From: Callorhinchus milii
Lineage: Eukaryota
Direction: 5' to 3'
Assembly: GCF_018977255.1 (NCBI RefSeq)
Contig: NW_024704743.1
Location: 45,882,001-45,946,000, forward strand
Length of the DNA: 64,000 bases
Positions 12,339 to 22,971 of this stretch are shown here, piece by piece; positions within the stretch are counted from its first letter, which is position 1, and every line of letters begins with the position of its first letter. Position numbers and translations under genes: made by a program. The notes under the pieces were generated by a model that did no database searches, was not told where the DNA came from, and saw only the letters and a program-made list of their open reading frames with translations.

Positions 12339-12790
12339 CCGCTCCCTCCGCTTAGCACTCTCCAACCTGCTTGGGTCCAAATCCTTGACTGTCCAGTGCC
12401 TAGGGAAGTCCTCCCAATGTGAAAGGCGCGATACAAATGTAATTTGTTGTTGTAGTGCCTTCACAGTGGAGTATGTCATTTCAACGTGAAAGACACTATA
12501 CCAGATGAAAGGATTATGGTTATTACTTTCTGACCTGAATAGCAGTGATTTCAATGTTACAATATTGCTTTATTTATGCCATGGTTATTCTTTAATGTAA
12601 TACAATTTGGGAAATGCTGACTACCCCCTCCCAACACTTTAATTTATACTATTGTTTTAAATTTAATATTAAAAGTTTAATTTTCATGAACCTAACTCTG
12701 CTATAAAAATTCCCTTAATAGTGATCGGAATAATCAGGAATATTCCTCAAAAATAATCAAAAATCCGAAAGTCCAAGATCTCAGTGGCAC
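12339..12790 (+). repeat. Copy 1 of a ~450-bp local direct duplication (copy 2 at 15290-15738)
   Basis: Colinear from CCGCTCCCTCCG through TTAAAAGTTTAATTTTCATGAACCTAACTCTGC and GATCGGAATAATCAGGAATATTCCTCAAA to CTCAGT(G/A)GCAC. Confidence 0.9.
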
Positions 12791-13445
12791 ATTATTGCAG
12801 ATGCCTCCTTTTAGGTGAAATGTTAAATCTCTGTCCTATCTAGTTTTCAGGTGGACATTAAAGATCCATGTCACTATGTGACAAAAGAAGGGAGTTTCTC
12901 CTGTTGTTCTGATCAATAATCCTCCAGATTAAATGGTCATGGTGGATTGTGAGATCTAGCCGTGCACAAATGGTTGTTGTGCTTGTCTTCAACAAGTCAC
13001 GCTTGGCAATAATTACTTGTGAAGCACTTGAGGTGTTTCGAATTGTTAGAGAATCTGTAAAAATACAAGTTCTTTTATTAGTGCATCTACTCTACCTGTG
13101 GAATCAATGTGGTCAATATGTGTAATCAGTGGGCAGGACAGGAAACCACCATCATATTAGTTACTGAAACGTTGTGTGATGTAACCGGTCCCTGACCACA
13201 GCAGTTGTTTCGCTACCTTGCTCCGTGGCTCATACTTGTCTTTAGTGGAACACCTTTGGTATATTTTTAAAATTAAAAAGCAACGAAATTCATAGAATCA
13301 TATAAAATTCATAGCACTAAAGGAGTTCATTGAGGCCATTCTGTCTGGTGCAAGATTCTACTTTGAAGCTATCCACTTTAATCCCATTGTTTTGTTCTTT
13401 CCCTAGGTCCCTTCCATTCAAATTCGATCCGACTTAATCTACTTA

Positions 13446-15103
13446 CAACAACAACACCAACAACAAGATTCCATTTATAAAGCGCCTTTCACGTCAGGAG
13501 GACGTCCCAAGGCGCTGCACAGTTGGGTCATGACCCGAGCAGGGGGGAAATGGTCAGGGTGAGGGGAGGGAAGGGAGGGAGCGAGGAGGGGGGAAATGGT
13601 CAGGGTGAGGGGAGGGAAGGGAGGGAGCGAGGAGGGGGGAAATGGTCAGGGTGAGGGGAGGGAAGGGAGGGAGCAAGGAGGGGGGAAATGGTCAGGGTGA
13701 GGGGAGGGGAGGGAGCGAGGAGGGGGGAAATGGTCAGGGTGAGGGGAAGGAAGGGAGGGAGCGAGGAGGGGGAAGAGAGTCGAGAGGGGAGCTGAAGGCA
13801 CGGTCAAAGAGAAAGGTTTTGAGACCGGCCTTGAAGGAGGAAAGGGAGGAGGGAAGGCGAAGGCACTGGGGGATGGAGTTCCAGAGCCTCGGGGCTGAGA
13901 GGCTGAAGGCCCGGCCACCGATGGTAGGGCGGTTGGGGCGGGGGACGTGGAGCAGACCGGAGCCAGAGGAACGGAGGGTACGGACAGGTAGGTAGGGGGA
14001 TAGTAGGTTGGAGAGGTAGGAGGGAGCAAGGCCGTGAATGGCCTTGTAGGTGAGGATGAGGATCTTGAAATCAATCCTCTGGGGGATGGGGAGCCAGTGG
14101 AGGCGAGCGAGGGTGGGAGTGATGTGGTCCCGAAGCCTGGTGCGGGACAGTACACGAGCTGCAGAGTTCTGAATGACCTGCAGCTTGTGGAGGGAGGTGG
14201 CGGGAAGGCCGGCGAGGAGAGAGTTCCCATAGTCCAGCCTTGAGGTGACAAAGGCGTGGACCAGGGTTTCAGCAGCGTGAGGGGTGAGGTAGTGCCGTAG
14301 TCTGGCGATGTTCCGGAGGTGATGGAAGGCGGTGCCAGTTGTGGTGCGGATGTGAGGGAGAAAGGACAACTCAGGGTCGAACAAAACGCCGAGGTTCCTG
14401 ACTGGCTTTGAGAGGTGGAGAGTGCAGCCTTGGATGCTGATGGTGTCAGCGCCTGAGGTTCGGAGGCGCTGACGCGAACCAATCAGGAGGGCCTCGGTTT
14501 TTCGCACGTTGAGCTGAAGAAAGTTGTCTCTCGTCCAGGACTCGATGTCGGACAGGCAGGCTGTCAGGACATCGGTGGTCGTGGAGTTGAGAGTAGAGGA
14601 GGAAAGGTAGAGTTGGGTGTCATCCGCATACATGTGGAAGTTAACTCCATGTCTGCGGATGATGTCACCGAGGGGGAGCATATAGAGGGTGAAGAGGAGG
14701 GGACCGAGGACAGAGCCCTGAGGGACACCACATGAGACAGTGCGGGGGGTGGAGGAGAAGCCATTCGTTGAGACGAAGTGAAGACGGTGGGAAAGGTAAG
14801 AGCTAAACCATTCAAGGACAGTGCCTTGAAGGTTGAGGTGGGAGGACAAGCGGTGGAGTAGGATAGCGTGGTCGACCGTATCGAATGCTGCCGATAGGTC
14901 GAGGAGGACGAGGAGACAGAGGGAGCCCTGGTCACAGATGGTCAGGATATCATTGGTGACCTTGACCAGGGCAGTTTCTGTGCTATGGGCAGCACGGAAA
15001 CCTGACTGAAGGGGTTCGAAAAGAGAATGGGTGGAAAGGAAAGAGCGCAGTTGGGAGGCGACAACTCTTTCCAAGACCTTGGAGAGAAAGGGGAGGTTGG
15101 AGT
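13446..15103 (-). mobile_element. Young 5'-truncated L2-clade LINE (RT and C-terminal part of ORF2, 3'UTR, (TTG)n tail)
   Basis: Uninterrupted 446-aa ORF (13734-15074) with RT motifs [35 protein letters not shown] and the L2-type C-terminus SRLDYGN...LHWLP. The 3'UTR has five ~46-bp repeats and the tail CTTGGGACGTCCTCCTGACGTGAAAGGCGCTTTATAAATGGAATC(TTG)n. TACTTA occurs at both ends (13440-13445, 15104-15109). Confidence 0.95.
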
Positions 15104-15289
15104 TACTTAAAACTGTTCTGGTAGAATGGAGAGCTCAGTGCCTCTTAAGGAACAGACATCTGAAAACAGTTTAGTGATATTAAGTATTAGACTCATACAA
15201 AATAATAATAATAATCCTCACATCTGATATAATCCTCCATGACCTTGCTCTTTCCTACCTCTGTGACCAGCTAACGCCATACTGACCTG

Positions 15290-15738
15290 TCCGCTCCCTC
15301 CGTTCAGCACTCTCCGGCCTGCTCGGGTCCAAATCCCTGACTGTCCAGTGCCTTGGGATGTCCTCCCAATGTGAAAGGCACTATACAAATGTAATATGTT
15401 GTTGTAGTGCCTTTTACAGCAGGAGTACGTCATTCCAATGTGTAAGACACTATACCAGGTGAAAAGATTATTATTTTTACTTTCTGACATGAACCGTGGT
15501 GATTTCAATATTACAATATTGCCTTAGTTTATGCCATGGATGTTCTTTAATCTAATAAAATTTGAGAAATGCTGTCTACCCCACTCCCAACAATTTAATT
15601 TATACTATTTTTTAAATTCAATGTTAAAAGTTTAATTTTCATGAACCTAACTCTGCTTTAAAAATTCACTTAATATTGATCGGAATAATCAGGAATATTC
15701 CTCAAAGATAATCAGAAAGTCAGAGACCTCAGTAGCAC
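15290..15738 (+). repeat. Copy 2 of the ~450-bp local direct duplication
   Basis: See 12339-12790. Confidence 0.9.
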
Positions 15739-16764
15739 TTCCTTATGATCATGCTTGACATGATCATAACTGCAGATGTAGCTGATGGCGACATAACCAT
15801 AACCATGAACAATGTGCTATACCTATTATTTAATGTGACCAGCCACAAGCCAGTCAGAAATCTACTATTATATGGCATAGAAAAACAAATTGCTCATTTG
15901 TATTTATCAAATAAAATGCCTGTTTGCCCACCAAGCACACAGTCACTGCACTTTACTATTTTATTATGTAAAGCACTTTGAGATGGATTACTGACATGAG
16001 AGGCGCTCATAAAATATACAGTCAATTCACTTTACAGTATATTATTCTGTGAAGCGCTTTGAGACGTCTCAATGATGTGATAAGATGCTATATCAAATAG
16101 AAGGATTATTATTATAAACAAGAAGGTGAACTTAAATGAACAAATGTTCTAAGAAACACAGGAGAAATGTTTTGTGTGTGTGGAGGTGGAGGGAGGGGGA
16201 GAGTTGGGGATTGAAGAGTGGAGATGGATATATTTTAGTTTACTTTGATTACCTTTGAGGTTGGAGAACATTTAAGCAATACATCTTCCATGAGTTAGAT
16301 TAGGTGGGTGCAGTTCACTTTGGGATAGATTTCGCATGATCTGCAGAAGGTGGAAATCTCAATTTTTTAACCTATCCTTCAAGTGAAATATTACGTGCAT
16401 CAAATCAGCATTTTAACACATTGTTTGAGTGCATCTGATGGATTTCATCATTGCCCTTTGCACACAATTGATGAACTAAAACTGGTTATTAAATTTTGCT
16501 GCACGCTCCCAATTTTAGTGATTGAATTACTCAACACCTTTGCCTAGTCTGTCAAACACACGTATAAGCGTTGGGCAAAATTTCTAAATATAACACTGAT
16601 AACTATGTGTGAACTCAATGCAACAAAAGTTCCTCTATGTATGTGTTAGTGTTTGGGAATATCTGTGCTTTTGAGTTACCTTTCATCTATTTGAATGAAA
16701 TCCAGCTTGGCTTTCTCACCATGATTCTTCCCAACACCATGATTCTTCCCAACACCATGATTCT

Positions 16765-17088
16765 GGAGTCCTGTAGCTCAGTGGTTAGAGCACTCGCTTT
16801 GCAAGCGAGAGACCTGAGTTCAATTCCAGGCAGAGGGCGAAACCTTGGGCAAGTTTCCTTACTCCACACACCTAATAATAATCCCTCCAAAACCCAAAAC
16901 AATAATAAATTGGTCATTTTCAATCCACGATTGTTTGTGGAACATTGCTCTGCGCAATTGGCTGCCGCGTTCGCCCACAAATATATAGTCAATTCACTTT
17001 ACAGTGTGTTCTGTGAGGCGCTTTGGGATGTCCTCCCGACGTGAAAAGCGCTATATCAAATGCAAGGATTATTATTATTATTATTATT
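16765..17088 (+). mobile_element. Full-length tRNA-Ala-derived SINE (CORE-like box, Deu-like segment, L2-type tail)
   Basis: Head has A box TAGCTCAGTGG, anticodon arm CTCGC-TTTGCAA-GCGAG (TGC) and B box GAGTTCAATTCC. Body has ACCTTGGGCAAGT and TGCGCAATTGGCTGCCGCGTT. Tail is GCGCTTTGGGATGTCCTCCCGACGTGAAAAGCGCTATATCAAATGCAAGG(ATT)n. Confidence 0.92.
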
Positions 17089-20000
17089 TTCCTTTGTGTC
17101 AGTCGCAATCTATGAAGTTAAGACTAAGGTACATCTCCATCAGAAGGGAAAATTTGGAAGAAAGTCAACCTATGATAAATTTCATGTGCTCCCAGTGATC
17201 AGATTAAGAAGCCTTTAGCTTTTCTGTTTGGTCAGCAGGGTGGCTTAGAAGTTAAAGTCCATCACCATGGTTACAAGTATCCAAACCAAACTACTAACTA
17301 TTCCACCTATACATGAACATTTCCATTTGAGAGTGCACACTCTCCCAGGAGAGATGCATCACGCTTACATAGGCCTGGAGAGTGTTAGGCATAAATTCGC
17401 AAGTGACAATGTTTGGGCACTCCAAAGTGTGCATTAGGATATTACTGGATTTTAACCAGCTAAAGTCATATAGGTTGAAATTGCTGAGTGGGAAGAATAC
17501 CCGTCCCTAATTAAAGTTAACAAACCGTCTTTGTAATAGGGGAATAACAATAATAAGGGAATGGTATGTGATAGGATATATGAAGTTGAGAAATAAACTA
17601 AAATTGTATTTTTAAAGTACAAATTATGGACTGTATTTGTGTAAGGACAATATTGTTGAAAGCTAACTCAAAATAATGTCCAAATGGGTCTCATGCTTTG
17701 CTACAGATTCAGTGTTGCCTGCTAACTGTCATAAAGATTTCTAACCTTCAAAGTAGCAGTTTGCATGGAAATTAATTTTACTTCATGCATTACAGCATCA
17801 GTCAGACAATGATATGCACAGAGTTGAAAGTTAATCTGTAATTAGTCCCTGAAGCTTTCTATTTCTTATTAAAGAAATTATTAGAAGAAACTGAAATAGA
17901 CAATTAAATATCAATTTGAATTAGATGAGAAGAGGCTGATTGCCTTCAAAAAAGTCAACTGGACAGTGATTCCTAAAGTATTTGGAGCAGAAAAAGATTT
18001 AGTGTCTCAGACGATTCAATGATACATACTTACAATAGCTGTATTCATTTACGGTTAAAATCTGGCAGTATTTTTGTTTGGTCAGCTGGGTGTTGATACA
18101 TGGAGAAATCAATCAACCTGCTTATCCAAAGCATTTTGAGCATCCACATATGCATACTGCCACACATGGATATTTTCCTGTGTCTGGAATGGAATGTTAC
18201 CTGCCTCTGCTTGTTGTTGTTGCTTATCTAATTCTGGAAATTATTAGGCAAAAATCAAGACTTGTGGATCCAGTGTACGGTGAGGTATTGCTGGAGTTTA
18301 ACCACCTAAAACCACTATTGCAAGCAAGCGCACCTCTGCTTGTCTAGCTGGGACCACCCTACCCATTCGGAATTTAGCTTGCAGCATTAACAGGAGCTGA
18401 GTGAGAAGAATTCATGTACTCAGTTTGCCCCTCCAAATCCTTCTACTGAGCAAGATTGGTTGGTCTGTCATAAGCAGTACCTTGGAAAACTGCAGACTCA
18501 GTTGGCTCAGAAACCACACTACCAAGACGAACACAGAGAGCAAACTCAAATCTGACATGTTATTGCTCAGGATGTCACCTTGGAGCCAGCTCAACCTCAA
18601 GGAGACACTGTTTCCAGGGTGCTAAGTGAAAGGTCAGAGTAGCCTGGAGTTCTCCTTCCTGTAGTCGCTTCTCCTTTTCACCCTAATGTGACCTCACTGC
18701 TTTGTTATGCACTTGCTAAATGGGCTAAAAGAATCCCCATCACTCACCAGGACCATGAAGGAGAACTTTTTGGACACATGTCTTATACTCCACAAGGTTA
18801 GCCTGCATTGAAACTTTGCTCTTATTGAAGAAAGATAAGAATGACCAGAGCACCCTTCACCCCTCTCATTGTCAATCTGAAGGACAATGCCCAAGCTAAA
18901 GTTGATGTCCACCATACCAATTGGGACAGATGCCCCTTGTATTTTCCAATCAATACTTTCAAAGTCCTTTCTCAGAGCAGAGCCATAATATTACAGTTGG
19001 GGCATCCACTCTCAAGCTATAAGCCATACATGGACAATTCAGGAATATCCATTGTTGTAGCAACCACAGAGTTCACTGCAACTTTTGCAATATGATTTTT
19101 TGGAATGATGTGAATGTCATCATTGAAACTGCTCAAACCATTTTTGATACAAATATTACAACTGCTACACCCGAATTAATCTTATGAGAATTCTTTCTTG
19201 CAATATTATTTGCATGCCAATAAATATGTTTCACCCACAAAATATACAGTCAATTCCCTTTACAGTGTATTCTGTGAAGCGCTTTGAGACATCTCGAAGA
19301 TGTGATGAGGCTCCATATCAAATGCAAGGATTGTTATTATGTTTGTCCCCCTTTCCCCTTTCCCCTACCCCGATCAGCCTCCATCCCCGCCACTGTATAG
19401 TGCTCCAAGACATTACTCGATGTGAAGGCCGCTACATAAATGCAAGTTGTTGAAGTCTTTGCACATGATTTAGAACATTTAAACCAGATAGTGAAATAAA
19501 ACCATTTTGCTAACAGTTAAAATGAGTTGTTACAGTGTTTAGATTTTGTGGGTTAGTGTGCAATGACGCTTTTGATGTAAAATCACTTTGTTGACAGCTT
19601 AGCTCAGTTAGTAGCACTTTTGTCTACGGGCGAGAAGATTGTGGGTTCTGAACCCGACATCAGAATTTCAAAACCAGAAAAAAACATAAATCTTGCAGTA
19701 TCCTCGCTAACAATGCATCAGATTAATAAATCGTTTTCAACTTAATGCTTGTTTGTAGGACCTTTCTGGTGCATAATGGCGCCTGTGTTTGTCTACAGAA
19801 AATACTTATTACATTTGACAGTAATTACTTGTGAAGGGTTTTGACAAGTTTCAACATGATAAAGTGTTGCAAAAATGCAAAAATTCTTTCTTCAAAGTGT
19901 TCTTGTATAATAAATTCTCCAGTATATATGAAAGGTAACACTTCGACTGCTGATATCTTTAGAGAATTTCATCTCTCTAGGTCACTTATTCTGTAAGTGA

Positions 20001-20493
20001 CCCTAAAAACTATACTAATAATGCAGCAATAAAGATCAGGAATACTAAGCTTAAACTACTAAACTAAATACAAAATCCACAGTTTTAAACACAAAAAAGC
20101 ATGTTAAAACACTGCGAAGATCACCTGCTCCCCCTTTATTTTCTGTTTGCTATCCTATTGCTAATAATCCCTGAATTTGATATAATGCCTTTCTTGTCAT
20201 CGAAATGTCTCACAGCATTTACTCTAAAATATAGTGGAAGTGTGTTTGCAGACAAATATAGCAGCCAATTTACATACAAACAGCATGAAGTGATTGAGAA
20301 ATTTTATCTGGAGGATTGTTGGCCAGGACACTGGGAGAAACTCCCTTCTCTTTTTGAATTGTTCCATGGGATCTTTAACATCCTCAACAGGCAGTTCGGT
20401 CCCAGTTTAATGACTCATCCAAAGGAGGGCATTTCCAGCAATGCAACACTGCCCCAGCATTGAAATGGAACACCAGCCTACACTATGAGCTTA

Positions 20494-21164
20494 ACAACAA
20501 CACATAGCATTCATATAGCACCTTTCATGTCAGAAGGATGTCCCAAGATGCTGGACAGTCAAACATTTTCACCCGAACTGGGGCTTAGAATCAAGAGGGA
20601 TGGGGATGGGTGTGGGAAGATGGGAAGATGACTGAAGGCATGGTCAAACAGGAAGGTCTTGAGACAGACCTTCAAGGAGACAAGGGAGGGGGCAAGGTGA
20701 AGGGACTCCAGGATGGAGCTCCAGAGAGTGGGGGCAGAAAGGCTGAAGGCCCGATCATTAGTGGTGCTATGGATATGTCGGGGGACATGAAGCAGGCCAG
20801 TGCCTGCTGAGCTGAGGGACCAGGCGGGTTGCTAGGGTTTTAGAAAGTCACAGAGGTTTGCTGGGGCAAGACTATGGAGGGATATATAAGTGAGGATGAG
20901 GATATTGAACTTGATCCTTTGGGGAATTTAGAGCCAGTGAAATTGGGTAAGGATGGGGGTGATGGGTTCTCAAAGCCTGGTACTGTAGAGGACACAAGCT
21001 GTAGAGTTCTGGATTGTCTGTTGGTCTCATCCAGGACTTGACGACTGAAAGGCAATCGGTCAGAACAGCAATGGTCCTGGAATCGAGGGTGGAGACAAAG
21101 AGGTAGAGTCTGCAAGTATGTGGAAGTTAAGTCCATGTTTGCGGACGACATCACTGAGCAGGAG

Positions 21165-21165
<1 letters not shown>
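20494..21165 (-). mobile_element. Old internally deleted L2 fragment
   Basis: L2 tail at 20494-20560; minus-strand remnants DVVRKHGLNFHI and an LHWL-type region. Confidence 0.7.
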
Positions 21166-21168
<3 letters not shown>

Positions 21169-21199
<31 letters not shown>

Positions 21200-21650
21200 C
21201 CTTGCATTTGATATAGCGCTTTTCATGTCTTCTAGATGTCTCAAAGTGCTTCACAGAATATGTTGTAAAGTGAATTGATTGTATATTTGTGGGCGAACGC
21301 GGTAGCCAATTGCGCAGAGCAGTGTCCCACTGCTTGAAAATGACAAGCATTTGTACCAACACCTCCTAGAACTACTCAGCAACAGCTCCTCTGCTAGAAT
21401 GGAACCTGTGCATATGCCTATTGTTCTTTGTGAGTGAGAGGGATAACAATTGGCCTGTAATAGATCATCATATTTTAAAACACTGATTGAAAATGACCAA
21501 TTTATTATTGTTTCATTTTTTTGGAGGGATTATTATTAGGGCTCTGTGTGGAGTAAGGAAACTTGCCCAAGGTTTCGCCCTCTGCCTGGAATTGAACCCA
21601 GGTGTCTCACTTGCAAGGCGAGTGCTCTAACCACTGAGCTACAGGACTCC
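21169..21650 (-). mobile_element. tRNA-Ala SINE interrupted by a ~150-bp insertion
   Basis: Reverse complement of the SINE; foreign sequence at about 21332-21486. Confidence 0.85.
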
Positions 21651-22464
21651 ACGTTGGGCCTCTTGCAATAGAACCACAAGCAGATAGAATCCAAGCTAAC
21701 ATTGGGCAAATCCGAGGTGTGAGATTCTTAATCACACATCAGCCTCTGGTGTCGGCTTGCTCCATAAACATAAACACAGTTAACAGTGGCAATCCACCCA
21801 GATCACAACAATAACTTGCATTTATATAGCGCCCCTCATGCTGGCTACGGTCCCAGAACCCTTAAGGTCATTCAAGCTGTTCCTGTATGAATCCCAGTTC
21901 ACTGTCCAGTACTGCTGATTTGGCTTCTCCAAGTCACTAATTTTCTTGTTATTGCTAGAGTTGGAGTCACATTCACATGTCCTGGCAAGTCTGTTTTCAC
22001 TCCATCCATTGTGAGAAATCACCAGGAAGAAAAGGTGATTTTGCCCCAGGAAATAAATATATTACACTGAAAAATCATTGAGTTGAAGTTGAAACAAACT
22101 GGTGGCCTACCCCTTCCCAGAACCACTATTCATGTTTTATTGACAGAAAAGAGCTGGATTGGGAGTCTCATAAACACTGGATACATTTAATAATAATAAT
22201 CCTTGCATTTCATATAGCACCTAATCACGTCGTCAAGATGTCTCAAAGCACACAGCATATACTCTAAAGTAGTGTGACTGTGTGTACTCTTATTCAAATA
22301 TCACAATGACACCAACAGGCTAGGAAAATATGGCACTTGCTTCAAAAATTGTGAGAATAGAACCCTTATGAATGGGGTTTTAGTGTGGTTCAATTGGTAG
22401 CACTCTTTCCTCTGTCGGTAGATTGTTGGTTCAAGTCACATGTTTAAGTTTCTACATTTATTTG

Positions 22465-22860
22465 GAGCTGAACTGGCTCCAAGGTGCTTAGCAATAAAAT
22501 ATCATAATCAGATCAACCCTTTGTGACAGTCTCAGTAGTCCAGTTCCTGAGCCAGGCAGGTCCACAGTTCTCCAGGACACTCCTGATAACAGACCAGCCA
22601 GCCTTGCTTATCAGCGGGACTTGGAGAGACAGACTGGTCCCTGAGGACAGGGATTCTTTCCACCTTGCTTTCCATTCTTGCTGTTAAACTTGCAAGTCAA
22701 AGCCCTAAAAGGTAAGGTGGTCCTAGCTGGTCAAGCAGTGAGACATTTGCCAGACATTGATTTTAATGGCAAGCTATGTGGATTTAGCTGGTTAAACTCC
22801 AGAATTACCACATTGTCCACTCTAGGGTTCCCAAAACTTGGCTCTCACCTGTGCTTACCA
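22465..22860 (+). repeat. Unclassified ancient ~400-bp interspersed family (family X)
   Basis: Shares GCTGGCTCCAAGGTG and TTAGCTGGTTAAA(T/C)TCCAG motifs with 48165-48590(+), 57241-57490(+), 23835-24025(+), 18230-18598(-), 17340-17480(-), 46760-47018(-) and 61735-61830(-). Confidence 0.75.
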
Positions 22861-22904
22861 ACTGTCTGGCTGAGAGGTGAGAGTGCTAAGAACTGAGCCA
22901 GACT

Positions 22905-22971
22905 GACACCTTGGTGAGCAATGAGACACCTTGGTGAGCAATGAGACACCTTGGTGACATGGTGAGCAATG
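22905..22971. repeat. 20-bp tandem repeat (GACACCTTGGTGAGCAATGA, about 3 copies)
   Basis: Directly visible. Confidence 0.85.

Noticed and set aside
13541..13775. CRISPR-like or regularly spaced repeat array
   Set aside because: Head-to-tail tandem units with no unique spacers, inside an L2 3'UTR in vertebrate DNA.
13646..14482. Ser/Pro-rich 278-aa ORF (and 34695-35456)
   Set aside because: Alternative frame of the C-rich L2 ORF2 strand; no independent evidence of coding.
16390..16590. Short inverted motifs in unique sequence suggesting a structured RNA
   Set aside because: Stems are only 8-9 bp and imperfect, within chance expectation.
16717..16764. 18-bp tandem repeat next to a SINE 5' end (and a 19-bp doublet at 39746-39782)
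   Set aside because: Ordinary slippage-type micro-duplications; no further structure.
16765..16840. tRNA-Ala(TGC) gene (also 28825, 50378, 50855 and minus-strand copies)
   Set aside because: The acceptor stem does not pair properly and each head continues into a SINE body and tail; these are SINE heads.
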